Positions 23,083 to 33,910 of a DNA stretch of 33,910 nucleotides are shown here, piece after piece. A model generated the notes under the pieces. It searched no databases. It was not told the origin of the DNA and worked only from the letters and a program-made list of their open reading frames with translations. Origin of the DNA: Paraglomus brasilianum (taxonomy: Eukaryota); assembly GCA_910592345.1 (NCBI GenBank), contig CAJVPI010000349.1:1-33910 (forward strand), written 5' to 3'. Made by a program: the position numbers and the translations under genes. Every line of letters starts with the position of its first letter. Within the stretch, counting starts at the first letter, position 1.

Positions 23083-23844
23083 TCATGCTCTACTCAGATC
23101 CGTTCTCTGGATTGCGTCTTTTAGCGCATAGTTCCTTGTCATTTGAACGTAGCGTGTTTCCCAATTAGCTCCCATGTTCATAAACCCTTACGTGCGAGTA
23201 TCTTTTTCCTCGGTAAAAACTGTCTGCCCCCAGGCACTAAAGATAGCTGCAAACGAAAGCAACGCTACAACTCTACCAAATCTCTTCGCCAAAGTTTCCT
23301 CCATGCCTCTCTCTTCTCGGGCCCTTCTAAGTTTCTCTTCCTCTCTTGACTTTCTCCTTTTTTCATTTTCATAATGTCTCTCAAAATGATCCTGAAAGTT
23401 AAACTTTGCATTTTTGTAACGTCCAAAATCGTTCTCTCGAGCTCCATAGGACGCATGCCGATAATGAGCAGCAGTAGTAGACCAGTGAGAACGATGGGTT
23501 CGAGATCTAACACCAACCATTTTGTGTTTTATGGATCTGTCATATTCACGTCGTTTTGTATCGTCGCCGAGTATAGAATAGGCTTCATTAATTTTGAGGA
23601 ATTTTTCATGTGCAGTCTCGTCGCCCTGATTGAGATCAGGGTGATATTTTTTAGAGAGTTGGTAAAACTGGGCTTTGATTTGAGATTTGTCTGTATCAGG
23701 GAAAACACCAAGAGTGTCGTAGTATTCTGTAGATAGACGAATTGCGGTGGAGAAGGCACGGTAATTAACGGGGCAAGACAAAGGTGAGGAGAATGAAGGT
23801 CGAAGAAACAAGGATAATCTGAGTGGGTGAATATAGCGGGGCAT
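23083..23844 (-). CDS. Mitochondrial-type J-domain protein (DNAJC4/DNAJC30/Jid1-like), probably 2 exons
   Basis: Arg/Ser/Leu-rich presequence, J-domain YYDTLGV...KAQFYQLSKKYHPDLN...FLKINEAYSILGDDTKRREYD, then FNFQDHFERHY and a TM helix. A probable intron at 23191-23135 (GTAAGG...GCTAAT...CAAG) extends the ORF to a TGA at 23085-23083. Confidence 0.82.
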
Positions 23845-24528
23845 AGATTGTAAAATATTGCTTGAATGTAGACAGATCAGTTTTCAAAGGGCGGGAGAAA
23901 TCGACAATTTACGATTTCAGGGGTTTCGAATGGTATTTAGTGCGACTGACCCCTGAAAAAATCCAAGTATTTATTACATCTTTTAATGGAATAAATAAGA
24001 CGCGCCTTGCGGATTAGATCATTAAAATTACATACTGTAAGGTATGCATTTAATCTATTATCATGGCCTTATCCCTTTTGCTTGCTTAATGATCACGATG
24101 CCGAATCAAGTTTACAAGACACGATAAGTCATGAACATCTCAAAAAAGAGAAAGATCAAAAACAGGAATTGTTTGTACTGTTCGGACAAATTGCCGAGTC
24201 TCATTCGATCCCAGAGGCCTCTCAAGTTTTGTTTTAGAAGCGTGGACTTCTGTATTATAATATCTCTCGCCAGTTAAAATTTTGTACCTCATAAATGCAT
24301 TCTTAATAGATGGGCATTAAGTCCAAAATTAACCAACATAGGAGCAGGTAAAGAGTCCTTAATCAAAATATTTCCTCCAGTTTGACTATGCTTTTTTTTT
24401 TTTACAATCAATTATAATTACTGGCGGTAGACTGTATGTAATACAGAAGCCACAAAACTTGAGACTACTGGGGGTGATGTAACTCCAGCTTGTGATGTGA
24501 TCTTCATCACACGCGCCGCGTTAGTCGA

Positions 24529-24544
24529 TTATCACATGTGATAA
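24529..24544. promoter_or_regulatory. Perfect 16-bp palindrome with E-box upstream of OPI3
   Basis: TTATCACATGTGATAA ends 39 bp before the ATG and contains CATGTGA, the UAS-INO-like core. Confidence 0.5.
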
Positions 24545-24582
24545 ATAAAATCTTTCTCCCCCGCAATGCTCCTTCTCACACA

Positions 24583-25561
24583 ATGTCTGAATTTATAGAC
24601 TCTATAATTGCATCTGTAGACTTCTCTGAGCGGACCTTTTGGATATCCTTTGCTTCTATTACGTTTAATCCGTTATGGTGGAACATAGTTGCAAGATACG
24701 GTGAGTGAGGCTATTATATGTTCGGTGAAAGTGTCTATGAATGCAACTGACGATCTTGCTGCTGTGACATTGGGAATAGAATATAAAACGCATTTTATTA
24801 CGAAGCTTGTTGGAGGAAATCCTTATTATGGATGTTATTTATTGGCTGCGGCCATCTTTGGTTTGGGGATACTTAGAGACTACTTGTAAGTTAACTGCAT
24901 TCTTGATTTTAGTCCGTCGGCGCATCGATTAATGACAATGCTCACCGAACGTTACAAGATATAAGAATGCGATTGAAAATCAGTCAGTCCTTCCAGAGCT
25001 AGATACACCGATCGTTAAGACGATCGCATCAACGCTCTCAACCGTCGGCATTGTATTTGTGCTTTCTTCCATGTATGCGTTAGGCTTGACCGGAACTTAT
25101 CTTGGTAAGCGTACTGAATACAATCTTATTTCCATATATTACCAGCATCTTATTGGTGTCATTTTACAGGTGATTACTTTGGCATATTAATGGATACGCG
25201 AGTGACCTCATTCCCATTCAATATACTTGAAGATCCTATGTATTATGGCTCTACAATGATCTTTCTTGGGACAGCGTTATGGTAAGAATAAGACATTTAA
25301 TCAATCGTAGGCATAGTCATATATTTTACGATACTATTGCTTCATTGTCATCACTGAACAGGTATGCAAGCCCCTCTGGAATTTTACTAACAATCTGGGC
25401 ATTAATTTGTTATTTAATCGCACTGCGATTTGAAGGGTAAGTTTGTATTTCTTAATTTTAAGGAAACATTCAGACATTCTAATGGATATTGTTTATTTAG
25501 CCCATTCACTGCGTCGATTTATGAAAAGAGGGATCAAGAAAGGAAAGCAAAGAAACATTAA
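24583..25561 (+). CDS. OPI3: Phospholipid N-methyltransferase (PLMT/PEMT), 6 exons
   Basis: The spliced product contains [83 protein letters not shown] and [16 protein letters not shown]. Confidence 0.95.
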
Positions 25562-25814
25562 AACAGAAAGATCGAGTGCTTCTAATTGGGCAACTATCGA
25601 ATTCGTAAGACGTCAAAAAACAACCACAGTATTTCCTTGGTCACCCTAGACATCAATTTAAGTGAATAAAGTTTGTGACTAGCTACTAATTATTATGTGA
25701 ACAAAGTGAATATCAAAGCGAGAATTAGGCTTAAAGTGTCGATGGAAATAAAAGTAACGGGATGAATAAAGATAACTGTTACTCGTCACGGGAGCGCTAA
25801 AATGATTTGGTTTT

Positions 25815-25886
25815 TGGGGAGTGAGTGACTCGAACACCCAACCTTCCGCTCTGGAGGCGGACGCGCTACCATTGCGCCAACCCCCC
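25815..25886 (-). tRNA. tRNA-Trp (anticodon CCA), intronless
   Basis: Reverse strand: GGGGGGT-TG-GCGC-AATGGTA-GCGC-G-TCCGC-CTCCAGA-GCGGA-AGGTT-GGGTG-TTCGAGT-CACTC-ACTCCCC-A. All four stems pair, and a TTTT run lies ~13 nt downstream. Confidence 0.96.
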
Positions 25887-27610
25887 ATTTCTTAGTTCTT
25901 GCTTCGCATAATCATTTCAAAAATTTCTTAAAGATTTACACCATACAACACCATGTCATATGTAATTTTTAACGGACATTGATCCATGCCACAAATTTAA
26001 TGTTCACCGTTCGTCATTAATTAACCAAAACAAGTATAAAAAAAAAAAATAACTCAAAGCTGCGGAAATTAACAATACCATATTAAAGCAGTACTTGAAA
26101 TGAGAACGATCTCTGCATCCGCAATAACAATTCCTCCCGTTCGGGATTCAAAGTTGGCTAAGATGCTAGGACGAACAGATCTGTTTCTTTCACGTTACAG
26201 TTAATAATATAAGTATTTTTACATTATGAATGGAACAATATTCATTGCTGCGGCTTATATGATATGGTACACAGCGCGGCGTCCAATGAACGATTTTAGA
26301 TCCTTAATATCTCGATTTGTGCTAATTGTTGAACTTCTGTTTACGATAAGGAGTCAACATGTGTATCTGTAATTACATAGTTTAGCGAACTGATAAAATT
26401 TTTTAAGCTTGGAAACTGGGACATTACGTTCTAGTTTTTCTATTTCCCTCTTCATGAGCATAAGCATTCTTGTACTCAACTCGGTATTCGCAGTGACAAT
26501 GCGTAATCTCAATATTAAATACCAACAGAGTCGTTTGTTTCCGTTTGAAGATTAATTAACCAATTCGAGAAGCATGACTCTTCTTGTCCTGCTTTTGGAG
26601 GAGGGATCGACAGATAGATCTAGCGATTCCGAATACACGGATAAGCCGAAAGCTTTTATCACATGCTATTACATCTAATAAATTTTCAGGGTCTTTATCA
26701 CCTATTTAATCGTAAACGTGCGAACTTTATGCATTAGGTCTCAATACAAGAAACAGAGAAATATGTCTCGGGTATTGAAGGTTGTTGTCCAATATTATTG
26801 TTAGTTAATAACTGAATCTTCTTTAAACATTCGCTTACACAGTTCGAGCACACAATTTTTCTGCAGAAATAGCAATCTCTGGTGAATATAAATGTGGGTT
26901 CGTGCTTTAGAGAATTCTATTATTTTATTCTCATCAAGAAGACTGTCGATATATAATTGACTATGGTCAACGCTAAGAAATCGTTTGAAATTAAATAGTC
27001 GAAGGAAAAACTGCGATTTCATAACTATGAACTTTAAAACCTGGATTCTCATAAACCCACCAAATTAACCGTAAACTTTATGCTCTCCAATTAGTTTAAC
27101 TTTACTGTAACAAGGTTTTTACAAGCATTAATTTTATCAATGCCAGAAACGTTGAATTTGGCTTGTTCACTTTGCCTGGTTTGCTTGTATTATTATTATA
27201 TCTGTATTACGTCATAATTACTGTGTTACCCATACGGTAACAAGAAAACAGAGTTCGCCGTTATTCGTAAACCTGAATATTATAATCTTCCGAAAAGGCT
27301 AGTTATCTTGGATAAATATTTTAGTACTTCCATTTTAAGCATAAAGTAGCGAAAATAGGAAATGAAGAGGGGTATGAAAATCTATGGCGTTTCGGCTTTA
27401 TGTACATTATAACCCTTAGCATCACCGTGCAGCTAACGTTGTGGGAAACAAACACCTGAAATTTGTTCATGACGCCAATGACCCGATTTGTTCTAGTTTA
27501 AGTTGCATATTTTAAATAGATATTCCGCCCACGCAAGTATAAATATTCCGAGTATTTTATGTTCGACGTTAAATAACACTAACAGACAAAACGCAAAGTG
27601 CAACCCGTAT

Positions 27611-28251
27611 ATGATATCTAGATTATCAGTTATTGCAAGAAATCAAGTAAAACCGATTGCTCGCTATTCCCTACTTGCTTACCAAAAGATGCCAGGCCAT
27701 CAGCTGTTGAACAAACCGGCACCTGCAGACATTACTCTCCAAAATCAAGATGGCGTGGAGGTGGAATTGGGTTCATTTATTGGGAAGCAGCCAGCTATTG
27801 TATTCTTCTATCCTAAAGACGAAACACTTGGCTGTACTAAGGAGGTAACTAAACATATTCGAATACTAAAAACTATGCTCGCTCTATGCTCTTCTCATAT
27901 CTTATTCTTTCTTGTCGAACTCAGGTATGTTCATTCCGTGATTCCTACGACATATTCCATGAAGCTGGTGCCACCGTTGTTGGAATATCAGCTGATCCGG
28001 TAGATAAACATAAAAGGTTTTCACTCTCCAATCGGTTGAATTTTCCTCTGCTGTCCGATGTCAAGGGGGAGGCACGTAAAGCTTTTCAAGTTCAAAAGAA
28101 TCTGTTTGGCCTTGTCCCGGGACGTGTTACGTATCTCATAGATCGAGAGGGAATTGTCCGTGACGTATTCAATTCTCAGTTAGATTTCGATGGGCATGTG
28201 AAGCGGAGTATCAAGTTTGTTAAGCAGAATCATGATGAAACCAATGAATAA
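27611..28251 (+). CDS. Peroxiredoxin, BCP/PrxQ subfamily, 2 exons
   Basis: An intron at 27845-27924 restores FFYPKDETLGCTKE|VCSFRD (CxxxxC). Also VVGISAD, LNFPLLSD and GRVTYLIDREGIVR. In-frame ATGs lie at 27611 and 27689. Confidence 0.93.
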
Positions 28252-28924
28252 GTTGCTCTACGGCGAAGCCTTATAATATGTAACCAAAAAGTTAATCGTC
28301 TATGCTACCACTAATCTTAATACACTTGTATTTGGAGGCTGTTTACGAGCAGGGGCTTTGGTAATAGTAATGCTGCGAGAATCGCATGATTATCATCTCA
28401 ATTCTTGGCACAAAATGGGGGCTTATCTATATCATTAATAAAGCAATCACTATCTTCATATTGTCAACCATACCTGTCTGTTGCAGTTAACTCACGATTG
28501 GTTGATCATTGAGAGTTTATTGGTTGTACGATGATTCTTGGATAATTTTTTAAGCGACAACGTTAACTATTAACTATATGAATCGTTAATCGATAATTCA
28601 CACTCTCAACTTGTAAGACCGAATTAAACGGCTGCTAACACTAGGTCGAGATTACATCAAACATGGATAATTGAGTGGATAATTTTGCATATTAATATTA
28701 ACATTTTACAGTTACGAATTGTTATTCTTGATAATAGGCTATGTCAGATACTGCATAATGAGTTAATATGTATATTGACTTGCCACCTGAACCTGGGGCA
28801 GAATACGCCGCAGAGTTTGTTTTTTTACTGATATGTTAACAATAATAGTGCGAATATCGACTAGTAGTATGCGAAATATGTTATATTTGAGTATCGTGCG
28901 CATCACAAAGCTGACTTTAGGTTA

Positions 28925-29772
28925 AGTAAACGTTCAATCTGGCAAAACATTGTGTGTGGCCTTAAATCCTTCCATGTACGTTCTCTTACACGTTTTTTAC
29001 CTTTTCTTTTTATATCTACTATCATATTGCGAGCTCTTTTTGAAGCATCCATTAATTCCTTACGTGTCGCAAGTTGCCAGCATCCTTTCTCAAATTCTTC
29101 GTTGGTAATTCTTCGTCTAACTCTACCCCGTTTCTTTCTATTCTCTCGCCAACAATCGTCGCGGAGCTCGAACCACTATCGGGAACTAGTGATTCGGCAT
29201 TTTACATATCAAGAAGGGATACTGGTAACTACGTTAAAGTCTTCATATATCAGACGATTCGATGTTCTACCCACAGCTTTAACCAAATGTTTGCATATCA
29301 GAAATCGATTTTGGAGATACGAGAGACAAGTACAGATCCATTTGTCAGAATCGACATAATACCGGTCCAGTGTGTGTTCATCGACGCTTTTTAAAGCACA
29401 TTGTTTCCATTTTTTTTGAAATCCTCCCACCAATGCGGATATATCGTTCCATTGGATAATTGATAGAATCGATTACATTGTGCAGGAAGTAGCTTTTCAC
29501 ACAGTACGTACACAACATAGTCCAATGGCGGACGATAGAATCTATAGACCTTCCAATGTGACTCGATGATCATGTTGGTTTTTACCAAAAGGTATTTTTG
29601 GATAACAACTTCTTGCCCACAACTTCCAGCGATTCTTAGTATACCACGAAAAGTAGACGTAATGCCATAGCCGGGGATTTGGGCTGGGATAGTACAGATT
29701 GTTCCTGTCATTTCTGTGTCGGGAAGAAAGGTTGGATCGATAAACGGAAAATTTTATAATAATATAACTCAA
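28925..29772 (-). mobile_element. Degenerate MULE/Mutator-like transposase relic with SWIM zinc finger
   Basis: Frameshifted fragments read PRLWHYVYFSWYTKNRWKLWARS, KTNMIIESHWK...YRPPLDYVVYVL and WICTCLSYLQNRFLICKHLV (SWIM CxC...CxH). Confidence 0.75.
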
Positions 29773-29949
29773 TTCAAAATCACATAGTTGTCAAGAAAAA
29801 ATATCACTATCCACTTGCCCAGGTTTATGTAATTATTTACTTTTGATATATATACAGTATATACTTTACTGACATGAGAGAAATGATTTGGCGAAAGTGA
29901 ATGATTTTAATCATCTTTATCTTTCAGAGTTCGTGCATTAGTAGAGCCA

Positions 29950-31492
29950 GTATGGCTTATGCTGTGATCTCAATTTCATACCCCCCACATTTAATAAAAT
30001 AGGACCCAGCTTCATATCTACCTCTTATACTCTTCTCGTCCTTATGACTCAACTTGCATGCTGGACATAACGACTTATCAATGATTCCATAATAATCGAA
30101 TTTTCGCTACTAAACTCTCTATGTATATCAGGATATCGACCTAATATTTTATTACGAAAATAAACGCGATCATAGGTTGGATTAGATGATACACTTGCAC
30201 AATCTATAGATGGAATCTTATTTTCTGACAATATATTATCAGATGAAGCACTTACCTCAGTTTCTGGTAGATTACATGCGCGTGAACAATTGTTCACGCT
30301 GATCAATCTTTGGCATGATTGGTGCTGAGGTTTGGCTAGTTCATCAGTATAAAGTTTTATTATATTTTGGATTTGCATATCTGTTAGCCTAGAAATAGCA
30401 TCAGCACTATATGTAACTAACCCGATTTTATCTATTCCTATCCCTTTAAACAATATATAGATATTCGAGTCATCTTGCGCAAACACTCTCTTTTAATACC
30501 AGATAGATATGGCATCACTTCATCGTAAATTTGTGTTCTTGCCATTTGATTGCTAATACTGTTTTCTGACCTAATAGTCATAACCTTTTTTTCATATTCC
30601 TCACTGTAATAATACCAACGCAATTTTTTTTTCCGACCAGTTTTTTCAGCTTTGTCAAATAAATGTACTAAATGAGATACAGAACCTGGTGTTAGATCAA
30701 TATCAATAGGAATGTCTGAAATTTGTTTGCTATATATACCACTCGGAGGAGTTTTATTCAGATCTCGGGAAGATACGAAATCACCCTAATAAATTCGAAT
30801 AGCTCACATATTGAACCTTGTTCTACTTTCTGATTATAAGGAATCTTTATTTTAGGAGGAATGGCACTTAGTTCAGGAGAAATGGCACTTTGTGTGTGTG
30901 CTTGATTAGTAAACAATTTGGGCTCGGCGAAATATTGGATTGATTACTCTGTAAGACAGGAAGTTTCGAGCAAGCCAGAATTATTGTTCTGTTCAGAAAT
31001 AATAATAGAACGAGTATCTTGAGAAGTTGAAAGTGCCTCTTGATCTCGAAGCTTCTTTTCCCTGATTCTCTCCATTATTTCGTTACTAACACTTTCTTTA
31101 TATACTGTTTCTACAAAATCTAAGGTCTCGGCTGAATTGTCATCAATAATCTCTTGTGCCAAAGAGGTTGCGGATGGTTCAGGCTCTGTTGGAGATTTAG
31201 ATTGGGTCGAGCTATGTTCCAGTTCAGGTAATTCCGGACAAGCGGATGGCTGCGAAATATCTCCTATAGAAGGTATATCCAGTTCATTAGGAATAACTCG
31301 GGTTTGTAGTTTGATTTCCTCGATGTCATGTCTTAATTTCGCTACTTCGGCTTTAAGTTTAGTATTCTCAGCTTTACGCTTGGAATTTTCAGCCTCAAGG
31401 TCAGATTTTTCTTCCATGGTCTGCCTAAGCTTCGCATTTTCGGCCTCAAGCTCAGTGATGCGTTTTTTCAACAAATCTAATTCGGAATTCAT
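29950..31492 (-). pseudogene. Broken member of a lineage-expanded family with an N-terminal coiled coil and a conserved WYYY...IY.LF..IG.DKI domain
   Basis: Fragments in different frames read MNSELDLLKKRITELEAENAKLRQ..., then WYYYSEEYEKKVMTIRSENSISNQMARTQIYDEV...LRK and NIYILFKGIGIDKIGLVTYSADAISRLTDMQIQNII. Stops and frameshifts separate them. The family is recalled as typical of AM fungal genomes. Confidence 0.72.
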
Positions 31493-31977
31493 GTTCGATA
31501 ATATTTTTATAAGATGTAGATTTATTCAATTATTCTGCGCATGAACAATTGTTCACGCCGATCACTTTTGCCAAGAAATAAAATAATCGCGATCTCTTTA
31601 CGAAGTAAAGGGGCTTCCAGCTGATATATTTACATACGACAATCTTTTATTTAACCTATAATGATTATCATTGATAAATTTACATTGGAAAATCGTGATT
31701 CACGACAATTCAGCATTTCATCTCTTGGAATAATTCAGCTGCGTAATGTTTTAATCTCTCGAGGATCCTTAGGATATTTCCGAGTCAATCGATATTATGC
31801 GTGGTATTAGTATTAGGATTTTGCTCAAAAGAAAAAGGAAAAGAATGTGTATGGCAATAATTATTTTTAACGCAAAATGAAAAATAGCAATTCTTTATTA
31901 TAACAAATTGTACATATAAAATACGCTATAAACTGGTCCCCAGCACGACTAAATAACAAACCACATTAATACGACAG

Positions 31978-33240
31978 CTATTTGTCTTCCTCCTCGTCTT
32001 CGTCTTCCTCTTCCTCTTCCTCATCTTCTTCCTGTAAGAGTGATTCACGAATTTTGATTAATGCTATCAAAACTGAACGTCTTCCTCCTGGTTCAGCAAG
32101 ATCGAAACCAGTCGTCAAACCATTCTCAGCTGGCCATCTTTGAACCTTAACTGACTCTTCTTTCGGTAGGCCGTTTGCAAGTTCCATCCAATACGTTGCA
32201 GTAATCATAGCTTTATAAAAAGTAACATATGTAGAAATTACACGAACGGCCCATATTGTCTGATCTCTAGGTCTCGCTTCCCCAAGGGAGCGTATATTCT
32301 CACTACCACAAGAAAGAATCTCCACAGCGATCTGTGATTCTCCAAAATCAATAGCATACCCGACATTTTTCAGGTGTTTGTCTTGTTAAAAAAGTTGTTT
32401 GAGATGACGAAGATAATAACATGTCAAATGAACAACAACATACAGACCTCTACCACAAGAACAGCTATGTTTTCCTTCTTTACCACAAATTCGGTGTCTG
32501 ATGATACGTAAGGCTCATCACCAATGTATAGTTTGCATGGCAGGTTATTTCTGGTTTAAGATAATACAAATTTTAGGAAAATCATAGGAACATCATAAAC
32601 TTCACTTTTATAGATATTAACTTAATCTTCAGGGGGAAGTCGTTCAAATCAACAACACGAAGAAGATCATCCACTAACGCATCAGTGTGAGTGCCTATCA
32701 TCTGAACCGAGTTTTCTGTGATATCGTACAGTTTGTCAATAAACGTCTTAATAGCATTACTCGAAATTCCTTCAAGGTTTTTAACATTGAAATCTGGTGA
32801 TCTCAGCAAACATCTGTTAATTCCGGTGAGAACATACTCGTCCGGAAAGTTGACAACTGGACAATATTTAAATTATAAGTATTAGGTTCACTAAGGATTG
32901 TTGAAGCAATGTACCTCGTACCTTGAACTTTGGGTATAACAACACTTTGGGATGAAGCTCCAAGGAAGTTCACTTTCAGTGCCTCCATATCTCGTATTTT
33001 GAACTTAGATGCCGAAGAAGGGAGGTCCTCTAAACCATAACTAGCACTCAACCAGAGATTTGTAGTGGCTCTCGCAAGCTCCGAGACTTCTCTGGTAAGG
33101 CGCTTAGGCTGTTGACAGGTGGCAGAAGAGCTCGCAACTTCATTTTCGACGTTTTTTCGTTTTTTTGAAGTTTTTTGTGCAGTCTCTTTTGGAGAACTCT
33201 CCACTTTGGTGCTTTTTTGTTTCTGGCTTTTTGAAGACAT
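31978..33240 (-). CDS. Uncharacterised protein with PD-(D/E)xK-nuclease-like motif spacing and acidic tail, 4 exons; last acceptor anomalous
   Basis: Introns at 32921-32857 and ~32620-32551 join the ORFs. The product contains SSDTEFVVRKENIAVLVVE|(D)KHLKN...FGESQIAVEILSCG...IWAVRVISTYVTFYKA and a C-terminal poly-E/D tract. Confidence 0.65.
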
Positions 33241-33551
33241 AGTAACAATAAAAGCTATGTGAGAAAAAATTTTCTGCATTACATCATGCATGATTGCAGG
33301 AATAAAACCACCTAAAGTATTCCTGAGGGCTAGTACTTTAGACTTTTATTTACTGCTATTTCGTGAAGAGTCTTTTCTTGATTTTTCTATATCAATATGT
33401 ATTATGGGTCACAAAAATCCCTAGTAATGATAATATATCGTGCTTGTTATTATTATATCAATAAATAACTAAAATAATAATTGTTCGATAACTTTTATTG
33501 CTTGAATTTTTACGCATGTATAATGATGATAAAGTATTTAAAGTTTTATAT

Positions 33552-33746
33552 TTATTCTATAAGACCCAGTTCTCGAAGATGCTCTGGAATAACTATATAT
33601 GGGTCTTCATAATACCAGACATATCTTAAAACAATCCAATTTTCTTTGCACAATTCTTTCTTGAGTTGATCCCGTGCCTGCTGTTTAATAAAATTATTAG
33701 GATCACCTCTATGAAAGAATTTGATATATTTTTCATGTTGCTCCTG
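33552..33746 (-). pseudogene. 3' fragment of a Vsr/DUF559-like (restriction-endonuclease-fold) multicopy gene
   Basis: An open 64-codon stretch with no start: QEQHEKYIKFFHRGDPNNFIKQQARDQLKKELCKENWIVLRYVWYYEDPYIVIPEHLRELGLIE*. It carries the 'QH....RD..K...C....I.L..V.Y' signature. Confidence 0.75.
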
Positions 33747-33910
33747 TCAAGATTTACGATAAACACACGTATTCCTCCGTGATTTCCGATGAGTTACACG
33801 AACATTTCCAAGCCGCAGCGTTTTCGTTTCACAGAATGTAGGACCAAGAAACGAAACAGATTTCGATATATCGGGTTGACAGATGAAAACGAAACAGATT
33901 TCACCCGATG

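Noticed and set aside
24643..24652. ATATCCTTT, a perfect U12 5' splice consensus in OPI3
   Set aside because: It lies in continuous conserved coding sequence ([12 protein letters not shown]), and no matching branch site or AC is needed to keep the frame.
25815..25886. Possible suppressor or recoding tRNA
   Set aside because: It has an ordinary CCA anticodon and a full 5-bp anticodon stem. Genes here use TGA/TAA/TAG as normal stops.
25679..25888. 69-aa ORF on the minus strand
   Set aside because: It is a translation of the tRNA-Trp gene and its trailer.
26100..27150. Possible decayed F-box/LRR-type gene on the minus strand
   Set aside because: Only vague fragments (e.g. WVYENP) with many stops; the call cannot be supported without a search.
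2116..28251. Functional cluster of lipid/ER (hydrolase, SCS3, OPI3, HLJ1) or redox (CCS1, PrxQ) genes
   Set aside because: The genes are interleaved with unrelated housekeeping genes, which is consistent with ordinary gene order.
28780..28830. Small GC hairpin followed by a T-run (terminator- or ncRNA-like)
   Set aside because: The stem is short and imperfect, and no promoter boxes or recognisable RNA family are seen.

Overview
Eukaryotic, intron-rich, AT-rich genomic DNA from a fungus. It is most likely an arbuscular-mycorrhizal (Glomeromycotina-type) or related Mucoromycota species; this is inferred from gene structure and from recalled lineage-typical multicopy families. Positions ~2-28 kb hold a compact run of housekeeping genes: an HSL-family alpha/beta hydrolase, an Hlj1/DNAJB12-like J-protein, a conserved Ser/Pro-rich protein, FIT/Scs3, a pallidin/snapin-like protein, a small 'FxTGSxGW' domain protein, an exomer ChAPs subunit, CCS1, Snu66/SART-1, a mitochondrial J-protein, OPI3, tRNA-Trp(CCA) and a BCP/PrxQ peroxiredoxin. 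MITEs and decayed multicopy gene relics are interspersed among them. The last ~5 kb is accessory: a MULE/SWIM relic, a coiled-coil family pseudogene, a PD-(D/E)xK-like gene and an endonuclease-like fragment. The most notable observations are: a clear AT-AC U12-type minor intron in the ChAPs gene; a Snu66 that lacks its N-terminal Hub1-binding (HIND) region; a 20-bp palindrome present both upstream of and inside the same accessory gene; an apparent splice-acceptor loss at a putative nuclease active-site motif; UAS-INO-like E-boxes upstream of both lipid genes; and two diverged inverted copies of one unknown small gene 18 kb apart. No convincing wholly new multi-gene system is visible. All splice models were read by eye and no searches were run.
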